The position numbers were made by a program, and so were the translations under genes. A stretch of 16,539 bases of DNA from an uncultured Janthinobacterium sp. Lineage in GTDB: Bacteria > Vulcanimicrobiota > Vulcanimicrobiia > Vulcanimicrobiales > Vulcanimicrobiaceae. This document shows, piece after piece, positions 1 through 9,000 of this stretch. Under the pieces are notes generated by a model, which saw only the letters and a list, made by a program, of their open reading frames with translations, had not been told where the DNA came from and did no database searches. The stretch is taken from positions 328 through 16,866 of the forward strand of contig CAZZXB010000063.1 of assembly GCA_964658025.1 (NCBI GenBank). Direction: 5' to 3'. How positions within the stretch are numbered: the first letter of the stretch is position 1; every line of letters begins with the position of its first letter.

Positions 1-604
1 TCGACTCGACCGCGAGCGCCGAGCATCCCGCGATCGCGACGGCCGCGGTCGTCTCCGGTAACGGATGGAGCCGGAGCGTGACGGTCGCGATCGCGGCGAG
101 CGTTCCGAGCGAACCGACGGCGATCTTGGGAAGATCGAACCCCGCGACATTTTTCACGACCTTCCCGCCGCCCCGCACGCGCGCGCCGTCGGCGCGAACG
201 AGCGAGATCCCGACGATGAGATCGCGAGGCGCGCCGAAGCGCGCGCGACGCGGACCGAAACGGCCGGTCGCGATCGCGCCGCCGATCGTCGCGCGTTCCG
301 GCTGCGGGACGTCGAGCACGAGGCGCTGACCGCGCGGACGGACGACCGCGTCGAGCGCGGCGAGCGTCGTGCCGGCTTCGACTTCGATCACCATGTCGGC
401 CGGCGCGTAATCGATCGTTCGATCGAGACGCGCGGTCGAGACGATCCGATCGACGCGTTCCGCCGGATACCCGAACCCCGCTTCCGTTCCGCCGCCCGCG
501 ACGACGAGCGCGAGCCCGCGCTCGGCGGCGTCCGCGAACGTCGACGCCATGTCGTCGAGCGATGCGGGCGTCAGCGTTTCGGGCGGGGCGAGGGTCTCAG
601 CCAC
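1..604 (-). CDS. glcE: Glycolate oxidase FAD-binding subunit GlcE-like (partial; runs off the left edge)
   Basis: Not in the ORF track; translated by hand from GTG at 604: MAETLAPPETLTPASLDDMAST...DYAPADMVIEVEAGTTL...ATIGGAIATGRFGPRRARFGAPRDLIVGISLVRADG...GGKVVKNVAGFDLPKIAVGSLGTLA. The GGKVVKNVAGFD and GSLGTL motifs are GlcE hallmarks. The start overlaps the end of glcD by 8 nt. Confidence 0.9.
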   Translation of the reverse strand, partial: MAETLAPPETLTPASLDDMASTFADAAERGLALVVAGGGTEAGFGYPAERVDRIVSTARLDRTIDYAPADMVIEVEAGTTLAALDAVVRPRGQRLVLDVPQPERATIGGAIATGRFGPRRARFGAPRDLIVGISLVRADGARVRGGGKVVKNVAGFDLPKIAVGSLGTLAAIATVTLRLHPLPETTAAVAIAGCSALAVES

Positions 605-2048
605 GGCCGGCCGTCCCGGCGAGTTCGGGCGACGTCGGCGCGTAGACGCCGGGACGGTCGCCGCAGAGCCGCGGCGTCGGGAAGACCTTGTTGGGATTGA
701 ACGTGCGCGCGGGATCGAACGCGCACCGCACGTAGTTCATCGTCTCGAGATCGGCGTCGCCGAATTGCTCGCCGAGGTACGCGGCCTTGTCGATGCCGAC
801 GCCGTGTTCGCCCGTCACGGAGCCGCCGTGGCGGATGCAGATCCGCAGGATCTCGCCCGCCGCGTGTTCGGCCGCCGCTTCCTGACCCGCGATCCGTGCG
901 TCGTAGAGCACGAGCGGATGCAGGTTGCCGTCGCCCGCGTGGAAGACGTTCGCCACGCGCAATCCGACCGAGGCCACGACCGCCGCGATCTCGCGCAGGA
1001 CGACCGCGATCTCCGAGCGCGGGATGACGCCGTCCTGAACGTAATAATTCGGACTCACGCGACCCATCGCGGCGAACGCGCCCTTGCGGCCCTTCCACAT
1101 CAGCGCTCGTTCGGCGTCGTTCGCGGGCATGCGTACCTCGATCGCGCCGGACGCCTCCGCGATCGCGACCGCGGCGGACGCGGTGTGCTCGACCTCGGCG
1201 CGCGTGCCGTCGACGTCCATGAGGATCGCGGCGCCGACGTCGAGCGGCCAATCGACGCCCGTCGATTTCACGATCGCCTCGATCGCGAGCGCGTCCATCA
1301 TCTCGACCGCCGCCGGGACGATCCCCGCGGCGACGATCTCCGAGACGCACGCGCCCGCTTCGTCGGTCGACGGAAAGGTCGCGAAGAACGTGCGCGTGAG
1401 CTCGGCCGCGCGCGACATCTTCACGACGGCCTCGGTCACGATGCCGAGCATCCCCTCGCTCCCGACGACCGCCGCCATGAGATCGTAACCGAGCGGATCG
1501 GCGGCCGCGGAACCGAGTTCGACGACGGTCCCGTCCGCGAGGACGACCGTCGCCGCGACGACGTGATTGACCGTGAAGCCGTATTTGAGGCAGTGCGCGC
1601 CACCCGAGTTCTCCGCGATGTTCCCGCCGATCGAGCAGACGCTCTGCGAACTCGGATCGGGCGCGTAATAGTACCCGTGCTCCGCGACCGCGCGCGTGAC
1701 GTCGAGATTGATCGCCCCCGGCTGCACGCGCATCCGGCGGTTCTCGAAATCGATCTCGAGGATCCGATCCATCCGCGTCATCACGACCGAGAGGCACCCC
1801 TCGACCGGGACCGCGCCGCCGGAGAGTCCGGTCCCCGCACCGCGCGGCACGATCGGCAGTCCGTGCTTCGCCGCGACGCGTACGACGCTCGCGACTTCGG
1901 CCGTCGTCGCCGGCAAGACGGCGAAACGCGGGCGCACGCGCGTCCCCGTGAGCCCGTCGCATTCGTACATCCGCAGCGACGCGGTGTCGGACAGACAGTA
2001 GCGGGCGCCGACCGCCGCTTGGAGTTCGCGTTCCATCTCGCCGAGCAT
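597..2048 (-). CDS. glcD: Glycolate oxidase subunit GlcD (FAD-linked oxidase)
   Basis: Motifs PRGAGTGLSGGA, YAPDPSSQSVCSIGGNIAENSGGAHCLKYG, GSEGMLG, NVFHAGDGNLHP and GEHGVGIDK. Lies directly upstream of glcE. Start is ATG 2048 or GTG 2051. Confidence 0.93.
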   Translation of the reverse strand: MLGEMERELQAAVGARYCLSDTASLRMYECDGLTGTRVRPRFAVLPATTAEVASVVRVAAKHGLPIVPRGAGTGLSGGAVPVEGCLSVVMTRMDRILEIDFENRRMRVQPGAINLDVTRAVAEHGYYYAPDPSSQSVCSIGGNIAENSGGAHCLKYGFTVNHVVAATVVLADGTVVELGSAAADPLGYDLMAAVVGSEGMLGIVTEAVVKMSRAAELTRTFFATFPSTDEAGACVSEIVAAGIVPAAVEMMDALAIEAIVKSTGVDWPLDVGAAILMDVDGTRAEVEHTASAAVAIAEASGAIEVRMPANDAERALMWKGRKGAFAAMGRVSPNYYVQDGVIPRSEIAVVLREIAAVVASVGLRVANVFHAGDGNLHPLVLYDARIAGQEAAAEHAAGEILRICIRHGGSVTGEHGVGIDKAAYLGEQFGDADLETMNYVRCAFDPARTFNPNKVFPTPRLCGDRPGVYAPTSPELAGTAGRG

Positions 2049-2066
2049 CACGTCCGGTTTGACGAG

Positions 2067-2091
2067 AGGGCCGCGCGTTCCATCCCGGAAT
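2067..2091 (+). promoter_or_regulatory. Putative sigma-H-like promoter AGG-N18-GAAT, probably giving a leaderless or near-leaderless mRNA
   Basis: AGGG at 2067-2070 and GAAT at 2088-2091, then 10 nt to GTG 2102, with no SD. The same layout precedes two other genes in the window. Confidence 0.4.
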
Positions 2092-2101
2092 CGCCCGAGT
2101 C

Positions 2102-2674
2102 GTGAAAACGCAGATCGGCGTGATGGGGTCTTCGGGGGGTGCGATCGCGCGCGAGCACGTCGATCGCGCCTACCGCGTCGGCCGGCGGATCGCCGAGCGC
2201 GGTTGCGTGACCGTGACGGGCGCGTGCCCGGGGCTGCCCGACGCCGCGGCGCGCGGCGCCCACGATGCCGGCGGTCTGACGGTCGGCATCTCGCCCGCGC
2301 GGAACCGGGCCGAGCACGTCGACGCCTACGCCTCGCCCCTCGAACCCCACGACGTCGTCGCGTTCACGGGCATGGGACCGATGGGTCGCGAGGTGCAGAA
2401 CGTGCAGAGCTCCGACATCGTCCTCTTCATCGGCGGCCGCAGCGGCACGCTCGGCGAGTTCGCGATCGCCTACGACGACGGCAAGCTCATCGGCATCCTC
2501 TCGCACTCGGGCGGCCTCTCAGACGACTTCGACGCGATCGCGAAGCTCGCGAAAAAAGAGACGGGCGCGCGGATCGTCGAGGACGAGGATCCCGAACGAC
2601 TCGTGGATCGCTGTCTCGAGATTTTCGAAGACGCCCCGCTCGGCGTTCCGGGAGTCACCTCGAGCACCCGCTAA
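2102..2674 (+). CDS. LOG/SLOG-superfamily Rossmann-fold nucleotide-binding protein (TIGR00725-like)
   Basis: 190 aa with IGVMGSS, VTGACPGLP, GLTVGISP, GREVQNV and IGGRSGTLGEFAIA (variant of the LOG GGxGTxxE motif). Confidence 0.85.
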   Translation: MKTQIGVMGSSGGAIAREHVDRAYRVGRRIAERGCVTVTGACPGLPDAAARGAHDAGGLTVGISPARNRAEHVDAYASPLEPHDVVAFTGMGPMGREVQNVQSSDIVLFIGGRSGTLGEFAIAYDDGKLIGILSHSGGLSDDFDAIAKLAKKETGARIVEDEDPERLVDRCLEIFEDAPLGVPGVTSSTR

Positions 2675-2732
2675 CGTTGCCGGCGCGAAGGCGCCCGCGC
2701 GACCATCGCGAAACGCGCCCGAACGCACGCCG

Positions 2733-2776
2733 GCCGCGATCCGATCGCGGCTCGCGCGCGCGATTATTCGTTTATT
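2733..2776 (+). terminator. Possible intrinsic terminator or hairpins after the LOG gene
   Basis: GCCGCGAT-CCG-ATCGCGGC (2733-2751, 8-bp stem), then the palindrome TCGCGCGCGCGA (2752-2763), followed by T-rich TTATTCGTTTATT. Confidence 0.35.
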
Positions 2777-2785
2777 GGATCGCAC

Positions 2786-4369
2786 GTGCGATTTTCACGA
2801 TCGACGGGCGGCCGCGCGACGCTTCCCACCTCCGTAGATACGGGTGGCAGAACGCGGGCCCGTCCAACGCTCCGCCTCGCCGCGGTCGTGGGACTCGCGA
2901 CGTTCGCGCTCGCGACGGGCGGACGCGCGAATGCGGACGTTCTCGACGATTGGCATCCGCGGGGGATCGCCGCGCCGACGGTCACGCTCGCCGAAGCGCT
3001 CGCCGACGTGCGCGCCGACGCGGGGTCGCCGCAGGCGGCATACGCCGAGCGCTCCGAGTCGCTCGAGCTTCGCGTCGGCGAGCGAACGTTCGCGAGCACG
3101 CGCACCATTCGCGGAGAAGACTTCGTCGCGCGGACGGATATCGCGGGCGAATCGTACGCGCAAGGCCGCCGGGACGGTCGGCGTTGGCGCGAGACGCCCC
3201 GCGGATCGGTGCGGTTCGTCCAGAGCGACGTCCAAGGCGACGATCTCGATCGCTGGCCGATCGCGATCGTCGGCTTTCGCGCGTCCGACGTGACGCTCTT
3301 CGGCGAGACGACGGGCGCCGCGCCCTGTTTCGTCTTTCGCGCGCTCGGCGAGCACGAGTTCCCACACTTCGTCTACGTCGATAAGGCGACGGGCTTTCCG
3401 ACGCGCGAGATCTCGCGCGAGGGCTCGCGCACCGAATCGATCACCTTCGACGACGAGCGCACCGTCGGGGGCGTCAGACGACCGTTCGCGTGGCACGTTC
3501 GCGGTGGCGGGACCGATCTCGACGTCGTCGTCGCCGCCGTCACGACACGATCGGTGAGCGATTCCGAGGTCGCCGTGCCGGCCTCGCGTGCGGCGACGTT
3601 CGTGCCGACGACGGCGCCGTACGACGTCCCCGTCGTCTTCAATCGGTATCTCCAACCCTTCGTCGCCGCTCGCTTCGGAGGCGACGCGATCGATGCCGTC
3701 CTCGACACGGGAACGCCGCAAACGACGATCTCGCGAGCGCTCGCGCGCGCGCTGCACCTGGACATCGCCCTCGGTCATGCGATCGTCCCGTCGATAACCA
3801 TCGGAAACGTTTCGATCGGTCGGAGCGTGCCCGCCCTCGTCGTCGCGGGCGACGCTCCGATGGCGATCGTCGGCGAAGATTTTTTCCAGGGGCGCACGAT
3901 CCGGATCGACTATCGCGGCGCGACCGTTCGCATCGCCCCGCCCGGTGCGAAACCGCCCGACGACGCGAGACCCGTCGCGATCGACTGGAGTGAAGGGATG
4001 CCCCTCGTCTCCGCGTCGTTCGGTGCCGCGAACGGATCGCGCTTCGTCATCGACACGGGATCGTCCGAGATCGTGCTCGGACGCGGCTTCGTATCGCGTT
4101 CCGCCGAGGCGCTCGCACGCGACGGACTCTCGCACCGCGGCGAGACGAGTCGGATCGATTACCTCGAGGGCGGCATCACCGTCCGCGCGGTCGCGTTCGA
4201 CGATCTCTTCGCGTTCGGACGACACTTTGCGGGTCCGGCCGAAGTCGAAGAGGACCGCCCGGGCGACGACACCTACTTTGCAATCGACGGTATTCTCGGG
4301 AGCGAAGTTCTGTCGCGTTTCACGTGGTGGTTCGATGCCGACGGCACGACCTGGATCGTTCCGAACTAG
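2786..4369 (+). CDS. Secreted aspartyl protease with two retropepsin-like (DTG) domains and an N-terminal beta-rich domain
   Basis: Signal-like RPTLRLAAVVGLATFALATGGRANA. Lobe 1 has AVLDTGT...AIVGEDFF and lobe 2 has FVIDTGS...IDGILGSEVL. The exact start is uncertain. Confidence 0.85.
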   Translation: MRFSRSTGGRATLPTSVDTGGRTRARPTLRLAAVVGLATFALATGGRANADVLDDWHPRGIAAPTVTLAEALADVRADAGSPQAAYAERSESLELRVGERTFASTRTIRGEDFVARTDIAGESYAQGRRDGRRWRETPRGSVRFVQSDVQGDDLDRWPIAIVGFRASDVTLFGETTGAAPCFVFRALGEHEFPHFVYVDKATGFPTREISREGSRTESITFDDERTVGGVRRPFAWHVRGGGTDLDVVVAAVTTRSVSDSEVAVPASRAATFVPTTAPYDVPVVFNRYLQPFVAARFGGDAIDAVLDTGTPQTTISRALARALHLDIALGHAIVPSITIGNVSIGRSVPALVVAGDAPMAIVGEDFFQGRTIRIDYRGATVRIAPPGAKPPDDARPVAIDWSEGMPLVSASFGAANGSRFVIDTGSSEIVLGRGFVSRSAEALARDGLSHRGETSRIDYLEGGITVRAVAFDDLFAFGRHFAGPAEVEEDRPGDDTYFAIDGILGSEVLSRFTWWFDADGTTWIVPN

Positions 4370-5601
4370 TCGGCCGTCCAATCGAGGAGCGATTCGAACT
4401 CGCTTTGGGGGAACACCGTCTTCGCCTTGATCGCGTCCAAGTAACGGCGCTTCCCGGCGCGGTTGCCCTTACCGATCATCACGCATCCGGCGAGACGGCC
4501 TTCGTTGAAGAAGAGCGCGCGGTAGTGCTTCTTCTCGCGGTCGATCTTGCGGACGGTCTCGAGATCGCCGCGGTATTCGGGCGAGATGCCGAATTGCGTG
4601 ATCGTCTGTCCCGTGAAGAGTTTCGACGAGTATTCGGGGACGTCGTGATAGCGTTCGTCGCCGCCGGCCATGTTGATCGCGACGACCTTGCCGTGCGCGC
4701 CCGCGTTGTTCCAGGTGCCCATGCGATAGTTCATCTCGGCGGTCGGATCGTAGAACTCGGCGATATCGCCCGCGGCGAAGATGCCCTTCACCCCGGTTTC
4801 GAGGCGGTCGTCGCAGACGATCCCCGTCTTCACGTCGATCCCCGTCCCTTCGACGATCTCCGTGTTCATCGTGAGGCCGAGACCGATCCCGACGCAATCG
4901 GTCGCGATCTCGAGACCCTTCTTCGTCACGACCTTCGCGATCGAACCGTTGGAGCGCGCGAACGACGCGACCTCGTCGTCGTAGTGGACGTGGACGTTGT
5001 CGGCGCGCGCGGCTTCGTCGACCATCTCACCCGCGATCTCGTCGAGCATCCGCCGCAAGAACCGCGGACCGCGGACGAGCCAGTGCGTCTCGACCCCGCG
5101 CGACGCGAACGCCTCGGCGAGTTCGTACGCGATGAACGAGCCGCCGACCGCGACCGCGCTCTTCGCCGTTTCGAGCTGCCGGGAGATCGCGAGCGTGTCG
5201 TCCATGTACTGAAAATTGTAGAGATTGTGCGCGCCCGCCGAACCGGGGGCGTCCGAGGTGTTCGGGCGGCCGCCCGTCGCGACGAGTAACGCGTCGAACG
5301 GATACGACGCGCCGTCCGCGTACGCGACCTTCTCCTCCGCGTCGATGCGATCGACGCGCGTGCGTAGGTGGAGCTCGATCCCGTGTTTTTCGTGCCAGGC
5401 GAGATCGCGGATCATCACCTTCGCCTGCGTTACTTGCTTGCGCAAGAGCGGCGGCAGCGCGATGCGATTGTAGAGCGGGTACGCCTCGTCCGTGAACATG
5501 TGGATCGACGCGGTCGGATCGAGCTTGCGGAGTTGTTCGGCGCAGGTCGTTCCCGCGTAACCGTTTCCGACGATCACGTATCTGCGTGACGAATCGTGCA
5601 T
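4366..5601 (-). CDS. NAD(P)H/FAD-dependent oxidoreductase (ferredoxin/rubredoxin reductase-like, pyridine nucleotide-disulfide oxidoreductase fold)
   Basis: YVIVGNGYAG (FAD binding), YNRIALP, LLVATGG, AVGGSFIAYE (NAD(P) binding) and IFAAGDIAE. The likely start is ATG 5601 (MHDSSRRYVIV), not the track's 5706. Confidence 0.9.
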   Translation of the reverse strand: MHDSSRRYVIVGNGYAGTTCAEQLRKLDPTASIHMFTDEAYPLYNRIALPPLLRKQVTQAKVMIRDLAWHEKHGIELHLRTRVDRIDAEEKVAYADGASYPFDALLVATGGRPNTSDAPGSAGAHNLYNFQYMDDTLAISRQLETAKSAVAVGGSFIAYELAEAFASRGVETHWLVRGPRFLRRMLDEIAGEMVDEAARADNVHVHYDDEVASFARSNGSIAKVVTKKGLEIATDCVGIGLGLTMNTEIVEGTGIDVKTGIVCDDRLETGVKGIFAAGDIAEFYDPTAEMNYRMGTWNNAGAHGKVVAINMAGGDERYHDVPEYSSKLFTGQTITQFGISPEYRGDLETVRKIDREKKHYRALFFNEGRLAGCVMIGKGNRAGKRRYLDAIKAKTVFPQSEFESLLDWTAD

Positions 5602-5612
5602 GTGCCATCGCT

Positions 5613-5638
5613 TTTCAGGGGACCTCGGAACAAAGCCT
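5613..5638 (-). promoter_or_regulatory. Putative sigma-H-like promoter AGG-N19-GAAA for the oxidoreductase
   Basis: Minus strand reads gAGGctttgttccgaggtcccctGAAaagcgatggcacATG. GAA is 12 nt before ATG 5601, with no clear SD. Confidence 0.35.
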
Positions 5639-5673
5639 CGGTCGAGTGGGTATGGCGGCGCGGCCGGTTGAAA

Positions 5674-5679
5674 TATGAT
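5674..5679 (+). promoter_or_regulatory. Sigma-70-type -10 element TATGAT of a leaderless gene
   Basis: TATGAT lies in a rare AT-rich patch, 6 nt before ATG 5686, and no SD is present. Confidence 0.6.
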
Positions 5680-5685
5680 GGTGCA

Positions 5686-6027
5686 ATGGAAGTGCGCCTC
5701 GTGCAACTACTAGGGTCGTTCATCACGACGACGACGGGCTACGTCCTTGCGAGACTCGAGTTCGCGATGCGGCATCCCGAATCGGCCGCGCCGCCGCTCA
5801 TCGATCGGCTCCCCGATGCCTCGGAGCTCACGCTCCATTCGCGCTGGGATCACGTGGAGCGGCAGCTCGCCTCCGCGCGCCGCTTCGTCAAATCGCAGGA
5901 CGACTCGCGCGGAAAACGGGCCGTCTACGATTCGAGCTTCGCGCACCTCCAACGTACCATTCGCGAACTCGAGCAGTACGCGCGCGCCGTCCGCTGGGTC
6001 ATGACGATCGAGGAAGGTCGCCGCTAA
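5686..6027 (+). CDS. Hypothetical protein, 113 aa, probably helical
   Basis: MEVRLVQLLGSFITTTTGYVLARLEFAMRHP...RELEQYARAVRWVMTIEEGRR. It has normal amino-acid composition, fills the gap between genes and has a leaderless -10. No family recognised. Confidence 0.75.
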   Translation: MEVRLVQLLGSFITTTTGYVLARLEFAMRHPESAAPPLIDRLPDASELTLHSRWDHVERQLASARRFVKSQDDSRGKRAVYDSSFAHLQRTIRELEQYARAVRWVMTIEEGRR

Positions 6028-6057
6028 GGACGACCGCTCCCCGGCTCCGTCGCGACC

Positions 6058-9000
6058 TCAGCCGGCGACGACGGCTTCGGGCGACGCTTCGGTCTCCGTC
6101 TTCTCGGACGCCGCGGGTTCGCTCGGCGGCGTCGGTTTCGCGTTCGTGATCCGCACGAACTCCGCGAGCGAGCGCGGCCACTGTTCCAAGATCCCGCGCG
6201 CCCGCGGCGAGTCGGTCGCGTCGGCGTAGCGTTCGAGTAACGCGCGCAACTCTGAGGCGTCGGCTTCGTTCGGGTCGATCGCGCCGACGACGCAGGCGTT
6301 GGGTCCGAAATGGATGCCGTGCGCGCCCGGGTCGATCCGGCCGCCCGGAGCGAGGTAGAGCGTTCCGCCGCTCATCCCGCTCGCGACGTTCGTCCCGACG
6401 GGTCCGAGGATCGCGACGACGCCGCGCGTCATGTACTCGGCCGCGTGATCGCCCGCGCCCTCGGCGACGAGCGACGCACCGCTGTTGCGGACGCCGAACC
6501 GTTCGCCCGCGCCTCCGCGCACGAAACCCTCGCCCCCGCGCGCGCCGTAGAAACAGGCGTTGCCGACGGCGGGTTCGGCGTCGCGTCCGACTTCGAACCC
6601 GCGAACGGTGATGCGGCCGCCCTCCATGCTCTTCCCGACGTAATCGTTCGCGTCGCCCGCGAGTTCGAGCGAGAGTCCGTCCGTGAGAAACGCGCCGAAA
6701 CTCTGACCCGCCGACCCGTGGTAGCGGATCGTCAGGTTTCCGGGATCCCCGCCCGCGGCCCGACGCGCGGCGAACTCGTGCGCGATCCGCGTCCCCACCG
6801 CGCGATCGATCGGCGAGATCGGCAGTTCGGGCGTCGCGTGCCAGGCCTCGCGGCGGTTCGCCCACGGACGCGGGACGAGATCGTCGAGGTGCGTGGGCTC
6901 CGCGAGCGCGCGCCGCTCGGTCTGCGGCCGTTCGGGGAGCCGGAGGATCTCCGAGAGATCGATCTCGTGCAGGCGCTCGTCGGCGTAGTCCTTGCGCCGG
7001 AGCAGATCGCTACGACCGCGGATCTCCTCGAGCGAACGCGCGCCGAGCGCCGCGAGCCGACGCCGGACGTCGTTCGCGACGAATTCGAGAAACGCGACCG
7101 CCTCGTCGTCGGTCCCCGCGAACTTCGCGCGGAGCTTGGGATCTTGCGTCGCGATCCCGACGGGACAGGTGTTCTTGTGACACTGACGCGCGTAGATGCA
7201 TCCGAGCGCGACGAGTAACGCGCTGCCGAATCCGTATTCGTCGGCACCGAGTAACGTCGCGAGCACGACGTCGCGGCCGCTCTTGAAGCCGCCGTCGACG
7301 CGTAACTTCACGCGCGAGCGCAGGCCGTTCGCGAGCAGCGCGTGATGCGTCTCCACGAGCCCGATCTCCCACGGCAGACCCGCGTGTTTGATCGACGAGA
7401 GCGGTGAGGCGCCCGTCCCGCCGTCGTGGCCCGAGATGTGGATCGCGTCGGCGTCGGCCTTCGCGACGCCGCTCGCGACGTAGCCGATCCCCGACTGCGC
7501 GACGAGCTTCACCGCGATCCGCGCGTGCGGCGCCGCGCGACGCAGATCGTAGATGAGCTGCGCGAGATCTTCGATCGAGTAGATGTCGTGGTGCGGCGGC
7601 GGCGAGATGAGCGCCTGACCCGTCTGCGCGCCGCGGAGCGTCGCGATCTCGGCCGTGACCTTGTGCGCCGGAATCTGTCCGCCTTCGCCCGGCTTCGAAC
7701 CCTGCGCCATCTTGATCTCGACTTCGTCCGCGCTCGCGAGGTACGCGGCGCCGAGCCCGAACCGACCGGAGGCGACCTGCTTGATCTTACTGCGGCCGCG
7801 ATCGACCGTGCGATCGTACCGATCGGTCTGCTCGCCGCCTTCGCCGGAATTACTCTTCGCGCCGATCCGGTTGGCCGCGCGGGCGATCGTGGCGTGCACC
7901 TCGGTCGCGAGCGCGCCGAGCGACATCGCGGCGGTCGCAAAATTCCGCACGATCTCCGAAATCGGTTCGACCTCGTCGAGCGGGATCGGATCGCGAAGCG
8001 GTTTGGCCTCGATGAGATCGCGGAGCGCCACGGGCTCGCGCGCTTCCATCGCGTCGGAGAGCTTTTCGAACGCGGCGTAATCGCCGTTCATCGCGCTCGC
8101 GCGCAGATTCTTGATGACGCCCGGATCGAACGCGTGGCGGACGCCCTCGCGTCGGAAACGGAACGTGCCACGATCGGGGAGCGGGTCGCCCGTGCGCGAC
8201 GCGGCGTACCACGTGCGGACGTCGGATTCGATCGCCGCGAAGCGTAACGCCGGCGCGTGCGCCTTGATCCCGGGAAAACAGAGTTCGACGATCTCGCCGT
8301 GGAGGCCGATCGATTCGAACGTCTGCGCGCCGACGTACGAGCGCAACGTGCAGATGCCGAGCTTCGCCATGATCTTCAAGAGACCGGCGCGCAAGCCGCC
8401 GAGATAGGCGACGCCCGTCCCCGATTCGCTCGCGGCGCGCAGGCCGAGCCACGGCGTCACGACGTTCGCCCCGACGCCTAAGAGCGCCGCGATCGCGTGC
8501 GCGTCGCGCGCCGCGCCGTCGGCGACGGCGATCGACGCCTGCATGCGCAGGCCGCGTTGCACGAGGCGCTGATGGACCGCACCCGTGGCGAGCAACGCCG
8601 GAACGCTCGCGGCGTCGGGCCGGTCGTCGAGGACGACGAGCGACGTACCCTCGCGCACCGCGCGTTCGGCTTCGTCGCAGATCGCGACGAGGCGCGCGCG
8701 CAGGGAGACGTCGCCGAAGGCCAGCGGCACCGCGAGTTGCACGAGTCGCGCGTCGAAGCGCAGCGCGTCGAAATCGACTTCGGAGAGGATCCCGCTCGCG
8801 AGCGCGACGATCGAACTCGCCGCCGGAATGTCGCCGTTGATGTCGCCCGAACCGACCCAGGCGCGCAGATCGAACACGAGCGATTCGCGCAGCGGATCGA
8901 TCGGCGGATTCGTCACCTGCGCGAAGCGTTCGCGCAGATATTCCGCGACGGGCGTCCGTCGTTCGAAGAACGCGAGCGAGGCGTCGTCGCCCATCGACGA

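Noticed and set aside
549..2105. 518-aa antisense ORF over glcD, and similar long antisense ORFs over the protease, reductase, gltB, PrpD-family and M20 genes
   Set aside because: Mirror frames of real genes, lacking stops because of GC3 bias. They have no motifs or RBS.
4366..5601. Calling the oxidoreductase gltD or nirB
   Set aside because: It lacks GltD's N-terminal Fe-S Cys motifs and NirB's Fe-S and siroheme domains.
5648..5653. GGGTAT as a SigB/SigF -10 element
   Set aside because: There is no GTTT -35 at the expected spacing, and TATGAT explains the downstream gene better.
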